Under the pieces are notes generated by a model. The model was not told where the DNA came from. It did no database searches and saw only the letters and a list, made by a program, of their open reading frames with translations. A stretch of 43,936 nucleotides of DNA, filler included, from Catajapyx aquilonaris (taxonomy: Eukaryota): NCBI GenBank assembly GCA_000934665.2. It is 2 parts of 2 records of this genome, joined end to end, with 100 filler letters (N's around TTAATTAATTAA, not from the genome) between each part and the next. Parts side by side here need not be neighbours in the genome. Positions count along the whole stretch, not along the records: positions 1 to 21,926 come from JYFJ02005944.1; 1 more part is not named here. One strand, given 5' to 3'. Shown piece after piece: positions 1 to 11,982 of this stretch. A program made the position numbers and the translations under genes. The stretch's first letter is position 1, and each line of letters begins with the position of its first letter.

Positions 1-97
1 AGACGTAATTAAAGCGATTCGCCGATTTTCGTCAAAATCTGACAACCCAAGGGTCAATTTTCCTTAAAAGCTCGGTGAATTGACATGGAATGACCCA

Positions 98-299
98 TAA
101 GGTGAAGTGGGGTAAGTGCATACACGGGGTAAGTGCATACACGGGCCGCCATATTGAAATGAAAATGGCTGACGACACCAAAACGCGTCAGGCACTCTTT
201 TATGTATACACAAAAGAGTGCCTGACGCGTTTTGGTGTCGTCAGCCATTTTCAATTCCAATATGGCGGCCCGTGTATGCACTTACCCCACTTCACCTTA
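98..299. mobile_element. Palindromic TA-bounded MITE (about 200-bp hairpin)
   Basis: Ends TAAGGTGAAGTGGGGTAAGTGCATACACGGG ... CCCGTGTATGCACTTACCCCACTTCACCTTA. The whole element is a near-perfect inverted repeat centred at about 205, and the left arm carries a 17-bp tandem duplication. Confidence 0.85.
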
Positions 300-1154
300 C
301 CGAATTTTGATATAATTTAATAATAGAATGCATTCTAGAGTACTTTGTTATGGAAAAAATAAAGAATAAATTATTTAAAATGGCTTCTTCGAGAAAATAT
401 AAGTGAAGTGTGCATATTGTAGCACAATGACGAAAGTTGGCACCTTACAAAAATTTGTATCTCACTTATAAATAATATATACCGGGTTTTGACACTACTC
501 TCTCTCTTAATTTTCTCTCTTGCTTAATTTTATAACATGTCTTTCCTTGTAAAAAAAATGAAAATATTAAAGATGGCTTTTTTGAGAAAATGAGTCTTGA
601 AATATGCATGTTTTCGCTTGTTGCCATATTTTCACCTCGCATATCTCAACTACAGGCGGAGCTAACAAAGGTTTTATTTCATAACCTGGAGGGGGTCACC
701 GAGTATATCACAAAATACAATCAGCACAACCGTCACGTTTACCATAATGGCGTATTAAATTGCGAAATATGCGCGTTTTGACCAAAATTTGCAAGATTGA
801 TGATTTTTTTGCAGGACTGGTGACTGTACCATTAAATAAGGTAAATTTATACATGACATAACAGCGCATTATTCCAAAAGCATGAGTTTAAAATTTCATA
901 TTGGTTTTCAGAACAGTTCCCAAAATATACTCATTGAAAGCAATGGAAAAAAGTGCATCTTCCCGTGATTGTGATTTTGGTACCCATTAAAAGAAATATT
1001 AATATCTCGTTAACTAAATTTAATCTCGTAAAACTGGGTGCTCCATAAGAGGATGTGGGTTTCACACACACATATATAGATTTTTTTTCAAAAAAATCGA
1101 TTTATTACTTGACACCTTTTTTCACTCACTGGCTGATCTGAAATGGAACCACCC
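300..1154. mobile_element. Single-arm copy of the long-TIR element family seen at 15371-18113
   Basis: Colinear with about 17240-18112 (e.g. AAAAATTTGTATCTCACTTATAA, AACTAAATTTAATCTCGTAAAACTG) and ends in the same terminus CACTGGCTGATCTGAAATGGAACCACCC. Confidence 0.8.
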
Positions 1155-1347
1155 GTCTGCGAAAGACGCGATCTCGCAAAATTCTAGGCTATTGGTCATG
1201 ATTAACACGCTTATATCCTGCTCCCTAGGCATGGGGTCCACCTGCCAGATCTCCCTACAAAGAGGCGACATGTGTGTTGCCACCTGTGTCTATAGGGGTA
1301 GACCAATGTTTCTGGTCGTCTACCTCGTTACAGGTTGATTCCCCGAC

Positions 1348-1350
<3 letters not shown>

Positions 1351-1380
<30 letters not shown>
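1351..1380. repeat. (TC)n microsatellite
   Basis: 15 consecutive TC units. Confidence 0.95.
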
Positions 1381-1384
<4 letters not shown>

Positions 1385-2104
1385 CCCCTCCCCCCTCCCC
1401 AAGAGCAAACATAAAACCGTGTCAATTTTTGATGGCCCTGCGAGATGAAGCCAATTTGAGAATTTTTGGGTAAGTAAGTGTTCAATTTAAAAAGTGCAAT
1501 TTAACATAGATGATTCTAACATTTAAGACCAGAAAAACCCAGGTATCTCGTCTATCTGCGGTGGAAAAAATTCTTCTATTTCAATGTCAATATCTGGGCA
1601 TTACTTCCAGCACTATAACTACAGTATTTCCAGAAAATTTATGGAATGACCCAGCCAAATTAGGGCATGCAGCTCATCAATACACACCTTTATTTACAAT
1701 ACAGTGTATGATACTGATAGAGTAGGCTCCAGTAATTCGCATCTTCTTCACTTTTACCTCCTTCTTTTTCCACCGCAACTAGACCATATAACATAACTGG
1801 GTTTTGCTTATGTTTTAATTACAATATATTAAACGATCATAACTCGATTGTCAAGCCATAGGCTGACGCGAAAATGTTGGCAGAATTGGTAGTTAAAAGG
1901 CAATTTTTATTGACCATTTACTTTCCAAAATATGCATAACTATAAGCGCCAGAGCACAAGACCATCGAAAATTTATTGAACCTTTTCTCTCTCCCTTCTC
2001 TGAGAAAAAGGCGAAAATTAGAGCAAAATAATGTAACCAACCTGTATATCTATCAATTAATTAATCATTTATTAGCCTCCCTGCCTCAACAACCAACCTG
2101 TATA

Positions 2105-3059
2105 TAGGAATAGACGGATAAAACACTGGGACCTCAGTGCAGCCCCTAAATTTTGTGGATACCTGCCCCGTGTGCCCCATCAGTACCAGTAACACGCTAC
2201 TCCAGTGTCCTTGCAATGCCTTCTTCAGGGGTCCAAAGATGTGAAAATTGCAGGCCGATAGTTCGGGGCTGTATAGTGGATGTTGCAGTACCTTCCAGCA
2301 GAACCTCTTTAAGGTGGCAATGGTTGCATTTCCAATGTGAAGAAGTGTCATGCAGTAGCATGACTTGATGTGAGAGGAGGCTCGGCCGTTTCGACTTGGA
2401 ATAGCCTTTCCAGTAAGTTGCAGTATTGTGCAGAGTTGATTGTTGCATGTGGTGGCAGAACATCAATGAACAGTTGTGCACAACAGTAAAAAAACAACTT
2501 TATAATAACTTTCCTGGCATTGGGCATTGTCATGCACTTGCAAGATGGAGCTAGGAGGATGGGTGTTTCCATTGCTTGCACCAGGACTCGTCTCCTGCAA
2601 CATTACACAAGAAAAACAGAGTGTCTTCTTCAGGTGCTGCAGACTCACAAACATCTGCATCATCATCTGCTCACTTGAGTTGTGTTTCAGCACCCATTGT
2701 GCACAGACATTTCTGAACTTGAGGATTTGTGGACGATTTGTTTGCACCAACCTTTTATTGAGATTTGTTGCTCTGCAGATTGTAAGGGTCGTGACTTGTT
2801 TGTCATTTCGGATTGTGCCATCCACAGTGGCGAATGATTCATTAGAGATGACAGTGTGTCCCTGACCTGGTCTGGGTTTATTCTGGATTGATGTGCAGCC
2901 TTCTCAGTACCTTTTGCACCAATTGTTCAGTGTTCATCCTAAGCAGTGTTCACCATACACATGCTTCATTCGAGGATGGACGTCACCATTTGTGTCCCCT
3001 TCAACCACCAACCAACACATTACTTCTGCCCAGCCCCCGGTCACTCATATACCTTATAA
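2105..3059 (-). pseudogene. Degenerate mariner (Tc1/mariner) transposase remnant
   Basis: Minus-strand fragments in different frames: CAQWVLKH (WVP motif), MLLHD (HDNA motif) and LQHPLYSPELSACNFHIFGPLKKALQG (YSPDL motif). Frameshifts and stops throughout; ends ...ACCTTATA. Confidence 0.85.
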
Positions 3060-3741
3060 TAGGTCTAGTCAATAAGTACCCACCCCGGGTTGCCTGAATG
3101 GCGAGAGATGGACGCACTCAAAAATAGTCCCTGTGGGCATTGAGGCACTTGTCCCACTGTGACACAAGTCGTTAGATGCCGTGCTGGAAGAACTCCTGAG
3201 GCCGTTGGCTGAAGAACTCCCGAACAACCTGCGGTTGTCACTTCCTCGTCCGAGTGGAATTGGCGTCCCCGGAGTGCCTTTTTCAATGGGTCGAAGATGT
3301 GGAAGTCACAGGGTGAGAGGTCAGGACTGTAAGGAGGGTGTTCGAGGACTTCTCAGCCCATGATGCATAGGTGTTCCTTCGTGACATTTGCAGTATGGGG
3401 CCACGCATTGTCCTGAAGTCATGAAGGAACACCTGCGCAACATGGGTTGGGAAGTCCTCGAACACCCTCCTTACAGTCCTGACCTCTCACCCTGTGACTT
3501 CCACATCTTCGATCCATTGAAAAAGGCACTCCGGGGGCGCCACTTCCATTCAGACGAGGAAGTGACCACTGCTCTTCGGAGTTCTTTAGCCAGCAGCCTC
3601 AGCGGTTCTTCCAGCATGGCATCCAACGACTTGTGTCACAGTGGGACAAGTGCCTAAACACCCACGGGGACTATTTTTCAGTGCGTCCATCTCTCGCCAT
3701 TCAGGCGACCTAGGGCGGGTACTTATTGACTAGACCTTATA
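3056..3741. mobile_element. Foldback mariner derivative: two 3' ends joined head-to-head
   Basis: About 330-bp inverted arms (AGGTCTAGTCAATAAGTACCC ... GGGTACTTATTGACTAGACCT), TA at both ends. Each arm encodes the transposase C-terminus (EHPPYSPDLSPCDFHIFDPLKKALRGR.FHSDEEV) on opposite strands. Confidence 0.9.
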
Positions 3742-3753
3742 CATTGCTCCCAC

Positions 3754-4379
3754 TGTGAGCTTAGCTCTTCTCCCCCACCGCTGGTTTGTCACAGCAGCCC
3801 TGCAGTCTGGCCCCACAGGTAGGTGGCGCCTTACCTAGCAGGCAATTCTGAACCATTTTGCTCGACTCCGATTGGCTGTAGTAGTACAGGCTGCCTGTAC
3901 TACTCCAGCCAATCAGAGCCGAGCGAAATGATTCAGAATTGCCCACTAGGTAAGGCCAGGGTTACACCCCCCCTCCCCTCGGCCACCCTTAGGTAGTTGA
4001 GATCCGCCCTCCCGCATGCTGGTTTAAAATTCCATTTTTCTCTTGTGTTCTCTCATACACACACACATTTCATTTTATTTTATTTTAAAAAATTATATTG
4101 TAACTTATGACCACCCTTTGGAAATTACCTTTTCTGCCTATAGCAGTAAATCAAGCATTCAAAAAGGTGATTTTTTTGTGATCTTGCCTTTATTTCTTAT
4201 TATTGTATTTGAAAAATATTTTAAAAAATTACTGCAACTCGCAGCTGCCCCTAGGCAAGTGCCTACTGTGCCTAATGGGAAATCTGGCGCTGGGTAAGGC
4301 ACCACCTATCTTTGGGTCCAGACTTCAGCGCCGCTGTGGCAAACCCCCCTTGGTGGGGGAGAAGAGCTATAAGCTCACA
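3754..4379. mobile_element. Palindromic MITE interrupted by a nested insertion
   Basis: TGTGAGCTTAGCTCTTCTCCCCCACC ... GGTGGGGGAGAAGAGCTATAAGCTCACA inverted ends, with a palindromic core at 3836-3950. Removing 3957-4300 restores one continuous hairpin. Confidence 0.75.
3957..4292. mobile_element. hAT-like non-autonomous insertion
   Basis: 8-bp direct repeat GGTAAGGC at 3949-3956 and 4293-4300, and CAG...CTG termini. The TIR match is poor beyond the first bases. Confidence 0.6.
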
Positions 4380-4441
4380 CAAAAAGGGGGGGGGGGAGTG
4401 GCCACCACCTGCTTCTGCTTGTTCAATTCTGGATGTTTCCA

Positions 4442-4586
4442 TATCATCAGTTCAAAAAGAATTGTCCCAGTCATCCTGATGTGTGTGCTGCCCGCTCGAC
4501 ACACACCATGTAACTTACATGGTGTGTGTCGAGCGGCCAGCCCACACGTCAGGATGACTGGGACAGTTCTTTTTGCACTATTGATA
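4442..4586. mobile_element. Short palindromic MITE (145 bp)
   Basis: TATCATCAGTTCAAAAAGAATTGTCCCAGTCATCCTGA ... TCAGGATGACTGGGACAGTTCTTTTTGCACTATTGATA, centre CCATGTAACTTACATGG. Confidence 0.75.
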
Positions 4587-4674
4587 CAATACTAGGTTTC
4601 AAAATTCAGTTACTCCCAAAAAAGCTCTCTTCCTAACAATGCACATACCCATCCACACTAAGCCTACATTGAGC

Positions 4675-5112
4675 CAGGGAGCATAATTATACTACATAAG
4701 AGGTGCAAACATTCGATTTTTGCGTCTCTCTGTTTATAGGGCGTTGCCAAGGCTGGCGGTCATTTTGAAGTGTGTGGAACGCCAACGAGGTATAAATAGG
4801 GTACAGGCAGGCCGTCAAGGTCCGCCATCTTTGATGGTTTTGGCTGCCATGGCAATACACGGCAATAACAATTTACTTACCCATTCCTATATCGAATTCA
4901 AATTCGCGCGCGTTCTTGTGTGTGTAGTTGCCATGGCAGCCAAAACCATCAAAGATGGCGGACCCTATTTTTGCCTGTACCCTATTTATACCTCGTTGGC
5001 GTACCACACACTTCAAAATGGCCACCAGCCTTGGCAACGCCCTATAAACAGAGAGACGCGAACATCAAAGGCGCCGACAGAAAGGCGCCTCTTATGTAGT
5101 ATATGCTCCCTG
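4675..5112. mobile_element. Foldback MITE with 7-bp TSD (possibly P/Galileo-like)
   Basis: CAGGGAGCATA ... TATGCTCCCTG termini, about 185-bp inverted arms, and direct repeat ATTGAGC at 4668-4674 and 5113-5119. Confidence 0.8.
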
Positions 5113-6685
5113 ATTGAGCTTACAAACACATGCAGTGGTGTACCAATCTCTAATTTACAAGCAATGCTATGACTAGTGTCCCTTTTCCAATTGTGAAACC
5201 CTTACACCATGTACAGTACATACCTTGTCAGAGGAAGTGGTCAGATGCACTGTTAGTACAGGTTTAAAATCACCATTAGAAAAACACTCTCTTCATTCGC
5301 ATTTTTCTAGGCCTAATGGTGGAGAGTGCATTGCTAATACCAGACCTAGCCAATGGTGACGCCCCCCNCCCCCCCCTACTGCACCCTTTAGAACCCCTCC
5401 ACTTTGAATCCCCATAGAAAGAGAATCATCACTCATCAGTGACCAAAACGGCCGCGGCAGCTCCATATGCAAATTTCCTAAGCATCAATAACTACACACC
5501 AGCCCGCACATTTTTATGAACCCCTCCCCCTAAAAGACAAGAAGTTAGCAAAAGGGGGGCCATCCAACTGTAGTTAAAATAACATGTTCAACGAGTGTAA
5601 AATTAACACAATATTTTAATTTTGCAGTCAATCTGGAGTGCGCTGTTTGTTCAATTAAAGTAATACACTTGCTGCAATTACTGACCTTGTAATTTTATTT
5701 CCTCAGCAAGTTCTATGTTTACCAGTATTCAAAAGTTGTACAAGACACTGATCTGAGATCATATTTGTGGGAAAAGCAGCATAGAGTAGGCCAGTCCAAG
5801 AAACAATCTGACATCAAATACTCGAACGCCTTGTAAATTCTTACTTAATTGAAATGATGTAACAAGCATGGTACAGTGCTGTCATGTCAAGGTAGTAACT
5901 TTCTGGATATATGAAGTTCTTACAGAAATTGTTATGGTTTGTGTCATGAATTATTTGTTTTATGAAATAAGTAATTCTAAACCTTTTCCATTTTCCAGGT
6001 AACTGACAGCTACTGGACAGGGTTTTCGCTACACCATGATTGAGCAGACAAATCAGGAGGGATCAAACTCACTGCTGAGAATTCCCATGTCTAAGCAGCA
6101 TGTGATGCCTGGTAAACTCTTATGTGAGCATGTGTATACCTGTGCCAGAATAAAAATTAAATTGGAAAATAATACCTCATGGCCAATAAGCTCAAAGAAC
6201 CCCACATATTCCAAGGGGGTACTACGATACCTCTTCCATGGCATGTCACAATATATTAGAGTGATTCAGATGAAAACGAGCCATGGTCATATAGCTAATT
6301 TCCAGATGAGTTAATCGCGACATCTTATACACAAAACAAAGGCCATACCGGTGTAGCATTATAACACACCGACAGTTGGCCATTCGATCACTCGACACAG
6401 TCGCTGTATGCTTTTGTTCAGGACCCTGCTTGCTTTCATCTGAATGACCCTTATACAAGGGCCAGTGTAAACAAATTGAGAGTAATATTTTGTGAGAAAG
6501 AGGATCAGCTCACCACTCACATTGAGTGGCATAGTGTACAGCATGTCTTGGACCATTAGAACACCAATTCCTGTTCGAATATTTCATGATGCCAGGCGAC
6601 AATGACAGGAAGTAGAACTAAGTTCACTTTCACCTCTGCTCTGCCAGTGTCAAGATGAAGGTTGTAGGTGAGGACCAATATTCAA

Positions 6686-7041
6686 CTGGGAGGTGCGGAG
6701 TCAGTGATGGTAACGTCTCAGCTTGCTGAGTGAAAGGTCCCAGGTTCAATCCCCGCCTGGGAGTTTCCCTTTCACCTGTGTCAGGAGGGTCTCTGACCCG
6801 TGCCTTGGAGGTGTCTGGCAACCTAACTCCTGGGAAACAGCACATGACCCCTTTACTGACATTGCACTTGCACCCATGTTCCCTCCCCAAACATCCCTAT
6901 CCTTACCCAATGTCCTTGTTTCCCTAAACCGTGAAGAAAAAATACAGAAAATTGGAAAAGAAAAATGGTGATGTTCCACCCCCCTACAGACCCGTAAGGG
7001 TCATCACAGGATACTAAAAACACACACACACAAAAAAAAAG
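6686..7041 (+). mobile_element. tRNA-derived SINE (family A)
   Basis: B-box GGTTCAATCCC, A/CA-rich tail, and 20-bp TSD AGGTGAGGACCAATATTCAA (6666-6685, 7042-7061). A second copy lies at 20595-20960. Confidence 0.9.
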
Positions 7042-7909
7042 AGGTGAGGACCAATATTCAATGTTGAGGATTTGCTTCCATTTCAAGAAAATAGCCATGG
7101 AGGCATATGACATGCTAAGATTATGGATATCAGATACCAGTCACCAGGTTCAGCAACAAGACATTGGAACTCTTCACAAACCCATGCTCACATAATTCTG
7201 CTTCTGCTGTGGAGTCAACGGCCTGCGGATCCATCGCATTAGGTGCAAATGTGTTGCACTTGCAAAATCGTGTGGACATGACCATCACAGACACCACACA
7301 TTCTGGCAATGTCATCAACAGTTACATTATATGGCAATCATCCTGAACAATCACTGCACAGGTAGTGTTAATGAGTTTCCATCAGAACTCTGATGAGAGT
7401 CTGCAAACCTGATTCTTTGAAAGCTGATTACCAACCCTCGCTGAATGCTTTGCACCATCGGAATGCTGTGAAACACTTCTTCACCATACGCATGTCATAC
7501 ACCTCTGTGGCTGCTTTCTTCAAACAGCAGCAAAACCTCAACACTGAATATTGTTCCTAATGGAAGACCTCCATTTTGACACTGGCAAAGAGGAGGCAAA
7601 TATGAGCCTAGGTCTACTTCCTGTGTCACCTTAGCCTGGCATCTCAGAATATTCGAACAGGAATTGATGTTATAATAGTCCAAGATATGCTTTACACGAT
7701 GCCACTTACAGTGAGTCATCAACTAATTCTCTCTATCACATAAAAATCAGTCTCAATTTGTTTTGACTAGCCCTCGTAATGTCACACATGATTTAGTTAT
7801 GAACAGTACCTGTAAATGTATTAGGTCCCTAATTGAATGATGTAAGCAAAACGGCTTACACTGTACACTACATTGTCCATTAGACTAGACTCAGCTTGAA
7901 GTGCTTGTA

Positions 7910-8131
7910 TCACAAGTTTCCAATGTCATGGAACCGTTTGAGCTTCTCTGGGAAGTTGTCCTTATAAAGCACTGGATCAGCCCGGAACTCCACTGTCTTG
8001 AGAGGCATGGTCCCATATATGGCAGTGAAACGGTTGATACATTCTGACCGCTCCATCATGTGGCTAAGGTCTGCAGACAGCATCTCATTGTTGACGCACT
8101 CTGGGCACTTAAATTTCTTGCGTGGAGTCAC
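7910..8131 (-). CDS. EXT2: Exostosin-2 (heparan sulfate copolymerase subunit), terminal coding exon
   Basis: After acceptor ...GTGCAG it encodes [12 protein letters not shown]...ERSECINRF...[34 protein letters not shown], the characteristic EXT2 C-terminus. Confidence 0.95.
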   Translation of the reverse strand: MTPRKKFKCPECVNNEMLSADLSHMMERSECINRFTAIYGTMPLKTVEFRADPVLYKDNFPEKLKRFHDIGNL

Positions 8132-8241
8132 CTGCACATCCAGAAGCAACAAATATCAATGTTGAAAATGAGTCACAGTAACTTACTTTAAGGCAGTTGG
8201 TAATCATTATCCAACACACCTCAATTGTGCAAGTTATAATA

Positions 8242-8952
8242 CAGTGAAACCTGCCCATAACAGACTCTGGATGTAGCGGAAACCTACCCATTATGGAAAT
8301 GGAAGGGATTTTTGGCTCCCTTCAGAGAATATCCCTGTTCATAAGCGAAATAAAAAGGTTTGCATTATCTCCTGCCAGTCACTAAAATAGAAACTACAGC
8401 CTGGTTCACTATCATATTCCAGGTGGCCTCTGAGTAACCCTTTTTGGACCACGTGTGTCTAGTAATTTCTGGAATTGCTATCAGCCTGTGGCCTTGGAAG
8501 AGATTTTTGAGGAAAGGGGGACTATTTATGATTGGAAAACCGGGTTTGTTGGGGGCAAAGAAGATTGTGACTCATGTGAAATAACGTAGGTGCCCTCCTG
8601 CCTTCATGGTTCAGTCCAGTGTTAAAATGTCAGGGAAGAGGAAGGGGTTGACCTTAGCTCAACATATTGTTGTCATCGGGCAAGTGGATAAGAGAGTATC
8701 TGTGAAAACTGGTGCCAAGATTTTTTTTCCACAAAGATGTGTAACACATGTCTAAAATAATACAGTGCTGTATACACTCATTTTGCACCATATTGAGGTA
8801 ATGTATAGTGTTTATTTTTGCTCTCTTCCCCCTTTGCTCTCTTTCACCAGCAAAAAATATCAGAAACTCCTTGATCTGCATATAGCAGAAACCTGTTCAT
8901 TACAGAAAATTTTTGGGGTCCCGTGCGATTCCGCTATACACAGGTTTCACTG
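8242..8952. mobile_element. pogo/Tigger-like MITE
   Basis: TA-CAGTGAAACCTG ... CAGGTTTCACTG termini with subterminal repeats. Confidence 0.75.
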
Positions 8953-9084
8953 TCTTTCAATTCAAGCATAGATATGGGTGATTATCCAAAAACCTACTAT
9001 TTTCAAGGCAAAATTAACGAATTTCAAAATTTGTTTTACAAGTCTGAAAAACATTAGGTTGTGTCGGGAACACAAGCCGCAGCT

Positions 9085-9476
9085 TTTGACATGAATACGT
9101 CTTTTAAGTCGGATCACTATTGGGGGGAGTGAATTGATTGCTTATTATCAGTATTGAAGTCTGGACACGTATGGTAATCCTAAAGTCGGGACACTCAGGG
9201 TGACCCTCCTAATAATTTCCCTGCATGCCCCCCTGCATGCCCCCACCATGGGCCCCATGGCAGGCCCCCCTGGCAGGGTCCTGACTATAACACTCATGCC
9301 ACTTCGGATATAGTAGACTCGGTTATAATAGCCTGTAGCGCTTTTCTGTAACGCTCGAGTTTGCCTCCATGCGGATCCGAATTTAGCCCTGCCTGTAACG
9401 CTTTTCTGTAACGCTCGAGTTTGGCTGCATGCCCCCCACTATACGGACCCGATTTTAAAGACGTATTCACGTCAAA
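9085..9476. mobile_element. TIR element with internal 60-bp tandem repeat
   Basis: TTTGACATGAATACGTCTTTTAAGTCGG ... CCGATTTTAAAGACGTATTCACGTCAAA. Unit GCCTGTARCGCTTTTCTGTAACGCTCGAGTTTG occurs at 9331 and 9391. Confidence 0.65.
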
Positions 9477-9671
9477 TAAATCACACTTAGGCCTACTCTA
9501 TAGGTCACAAACAAGGCAAAAATTAAGGGGAACTACCTTTCATACTCTGAAATGGTTGAAACTAGTCATTTAAATTTAGCCACCAAGAAAGTGACAGATG
9601 GTGCCAGCTAGGAGAGGACATCACCAGTATTTCTGTGGCTCAGAAAATATTTAATCTAATCAAAGCCTGTA

Positions 9672-9832
9672 CAGTTCTGGTCATATATCGAGGCAGCCAC
9701 CAGAGACATTTTCTGAAGTGGCAGAAGAAGGAATCGAAGATAAGCATACTTCAAACATGGGCAAGCAAGATTCCTTCTTCTGCCGCTTCGGAAAATGTCT
9801 CTGGCGGTTGCCTCGATATATGACCAGAACTG
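9672..9832. mobile_element. Palindromic MITE, TA-flanked
   Basis: CAGTTCTGGTCATATATCGAGGCA ... TGCCTCGATATATGACCAGAACTG, about 65-bp arms. Confidence 0.8.
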
Positions 9833-9834
9833 TA

Positions 9835-9976
9835 CTATCAGGTTCAAATACTTTTGGCCACTTTATCCTGGTCTTGAAGCAACCCTTAACACACAAACAC
9901 CTCCTTAACGAGAGGTCTGTGCGAAGGGTTGCTTCAAGACCAGGATGAAGTGGCCAAAAGTATTTGAACCCGATAG
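9835..9976. mobile_element. Palindromic MITE, TA-flanked, abutting the previous one
   Basis: CTATCAGGTTCAAATACTTTTGGCCACTT ... AAGTGGCCAAAAGTATTTGAACCCGATAG, about 53-bp arms. Confidence 0.8.
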
Positions 9977-11428
9977 TACATCTTCCAGGATCAGATGTGT
10001 CCAAATAACTAGTGTACCAAGTTTCATATCTTGATCACCGAATCCAAGCTCCCTATTCAAATAAAAACAAAACGCCTGTTGCACAGTTTGTTAGATACTG
10101 CAACTCCGCGAAAATGACCTCCAGTGGGATTGGTCATCATTGTCCCACATCCAGATATCTCGGATGCGTGGGAAAAAAAGCATAAGTCAATTAATTACTT
10201 TTTTTACTTATGCTCTTCTTCCCGCGCATCCGAGATATATTCAGAAGGGTCCAAAAAACTAGTGTACCAAGTTTCACATCTTTATCAACAAATCCAAGGT
10301 CACAATTCACATAGAGATGTATGATCCGCCCGTTAAATCTGGCAACCCCACGAGTGACTCACGCAGGGTCATCCATAGTGGCCCATTTTCAGACATGTTC
10401 AGGAGTGTCCAAAGACCAATTGCGGTGCCTCTACCGACTTGTATGCCTAAAATCCCACGGCAAGAGGAATAACCCAGATCACGATGACCCAGATATAACT
10501 GCCCTGCTCCCCTGCTCCATACTCATCAAAGTCACATTGTCCATCATCGCCTCCTCCTTCACTTGTTTACACCGGGAGGCATGTTGTGTGCAGGCGCCAA
10601 CTGTCAATTGTCACTATTAAGCACTTAATCGCCCTGATTAGGCTATACAGCACTGGTTTGTAAAAAGCGCCTAATAGAGCAACGAAAATTCCACTTTAAA
10701 CAGTACTGCTATAAGCGCATTTGCAGTCACTAACTAATCAGTTCTGAACAGGTAGGTCCGTTGCCTTGAGATGCCCTCTCGCCAAGCAGGTGGGCAGGTA
10801 GGAGAGGGATGGGATCGCCGCCTTCAATCTGCAGGCGTCTTTGGCAATATGCAGACTCGGATTAAAAAATTCATGGATGATGGAGGGGACCACTTTTGGT
10901 AAATTCTTTAGTCAGACCTAGTTTGGCATGATACAAGGTAAGTACATGTCCATTTTCATCGAGAACCATACCATATTTAAAAAGTTATTGAGAAATGTTT
11001 GGGTCTCCATTCAGGAGAATCACCCTGTAATAATTGGGAAGACCCATGAAGTGGCTGACACCTGGCGGCTGTCTCGGAAGCTCATTAATGGCGGACAAGG
11101 AGGGTTGCTCTCCGAGTCCTGCCATGCGTGGGAACAAGGAAAAAGGAAGTAAAATGGTGATAAGTAACAAATTATGTTTCGTGGTGGGATGAAACTCGAA
11201 GTTCTTATGGATCAGTAGCCTACCACTCATATAGAATGGTACGACTCGATATGGACGAAATGTTTATCCTGTTCCCAACCCCTGGGTCACCTGCATGTTT
11301 ATAAAGTGTCGCAAGGAAGTCTGGGAAAGGGGAATCAAAATAAAGTAAAAAATATAAGAAAAAAAAAACCAGTCAAAGTGGGAAAATTTTAGGGAGAAAA
11401 TTCACATGAAATCTACGTAAGCATTGTA

Positions 11429-11577
11429 TAGTGCGGAAAACCAAACGACGATCTGACGTCCTCGTTTCTTACATTGTTGCTTTTTTGTTGACACTGTTTA
11501 CTCATATTGTGCTGTCTTCTCTGAGGGTATTTCCATGGAAACCTTGACGTCAGATCGTTGTTTAGTTTTCCGCACTG
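11429..11577. mobile_element. Short TA-flanked MITE
   Basis: TAGTGCGGAAAACCAAACGACGATCTGACGTC ... GACGTCAGATCGTTGTTTAGTTTTCCGCACTG. Confidence 0.7.
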
Positions 11578-11582
11578 TACCT

Positions 11583-11982
11583 CAGTGGTTCCCAACCAGG
11601 GGGGCGTGAGAGGATTTCAGGGGGGGCGTGAGGCCATGAGAAATATTTAAAATAACGTAACATGTTTCCGCTTGGCGCTGCTGGAAATATGAAGGGACTG
11701 ACTTTTCTCCTCGCTAGTATCCGATGTGCTTACAGTGTAGGAAGATTCCACTGTACTTTGTCAGCTACATTCACCTAAATTTTGTGACCTTGAACCCCAA
11801 AAATTTTTTGCCTGCGGCGGGCTTATTGGCCCTTCGGTTGTTGCCCCTATTTCAACAGGTTTTCATTCCTCAGTTATAAAATTTTCTTTCAAGAAACTCT
11901 TGCTGAAATTTATTGGGGNGGGCGTGAGTGTTTGGTGAAAACTAAAAGGGGGGCGTCATGACGAAAAGGTTGGGAACCCCTG
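11583..11982. mobile_element. hAT (Charlie/Buster-type) MITE
   Basis: TIRs CAGTGGTTCCCAACC / GGTTGGGAACCCCTG and perfect 8-bp TSD CTGTACCT (11575-11582, 11983-11990). Confidence 0.9.

Noticed and set aside
54..320. Mirror ORFs on both strands sharing MADDTKTRQALF
   Set aside because: Artefact of the palindromic MITE, with no coding signature.
5999..6043. Possible plus-strand terminal exon after a good acceptor (TTTTCCAG|VTDSYWTGFSLHHD*)
   Set aside because: Too short, no recognisable protein and no upstream exons found, so it cannot be supported.
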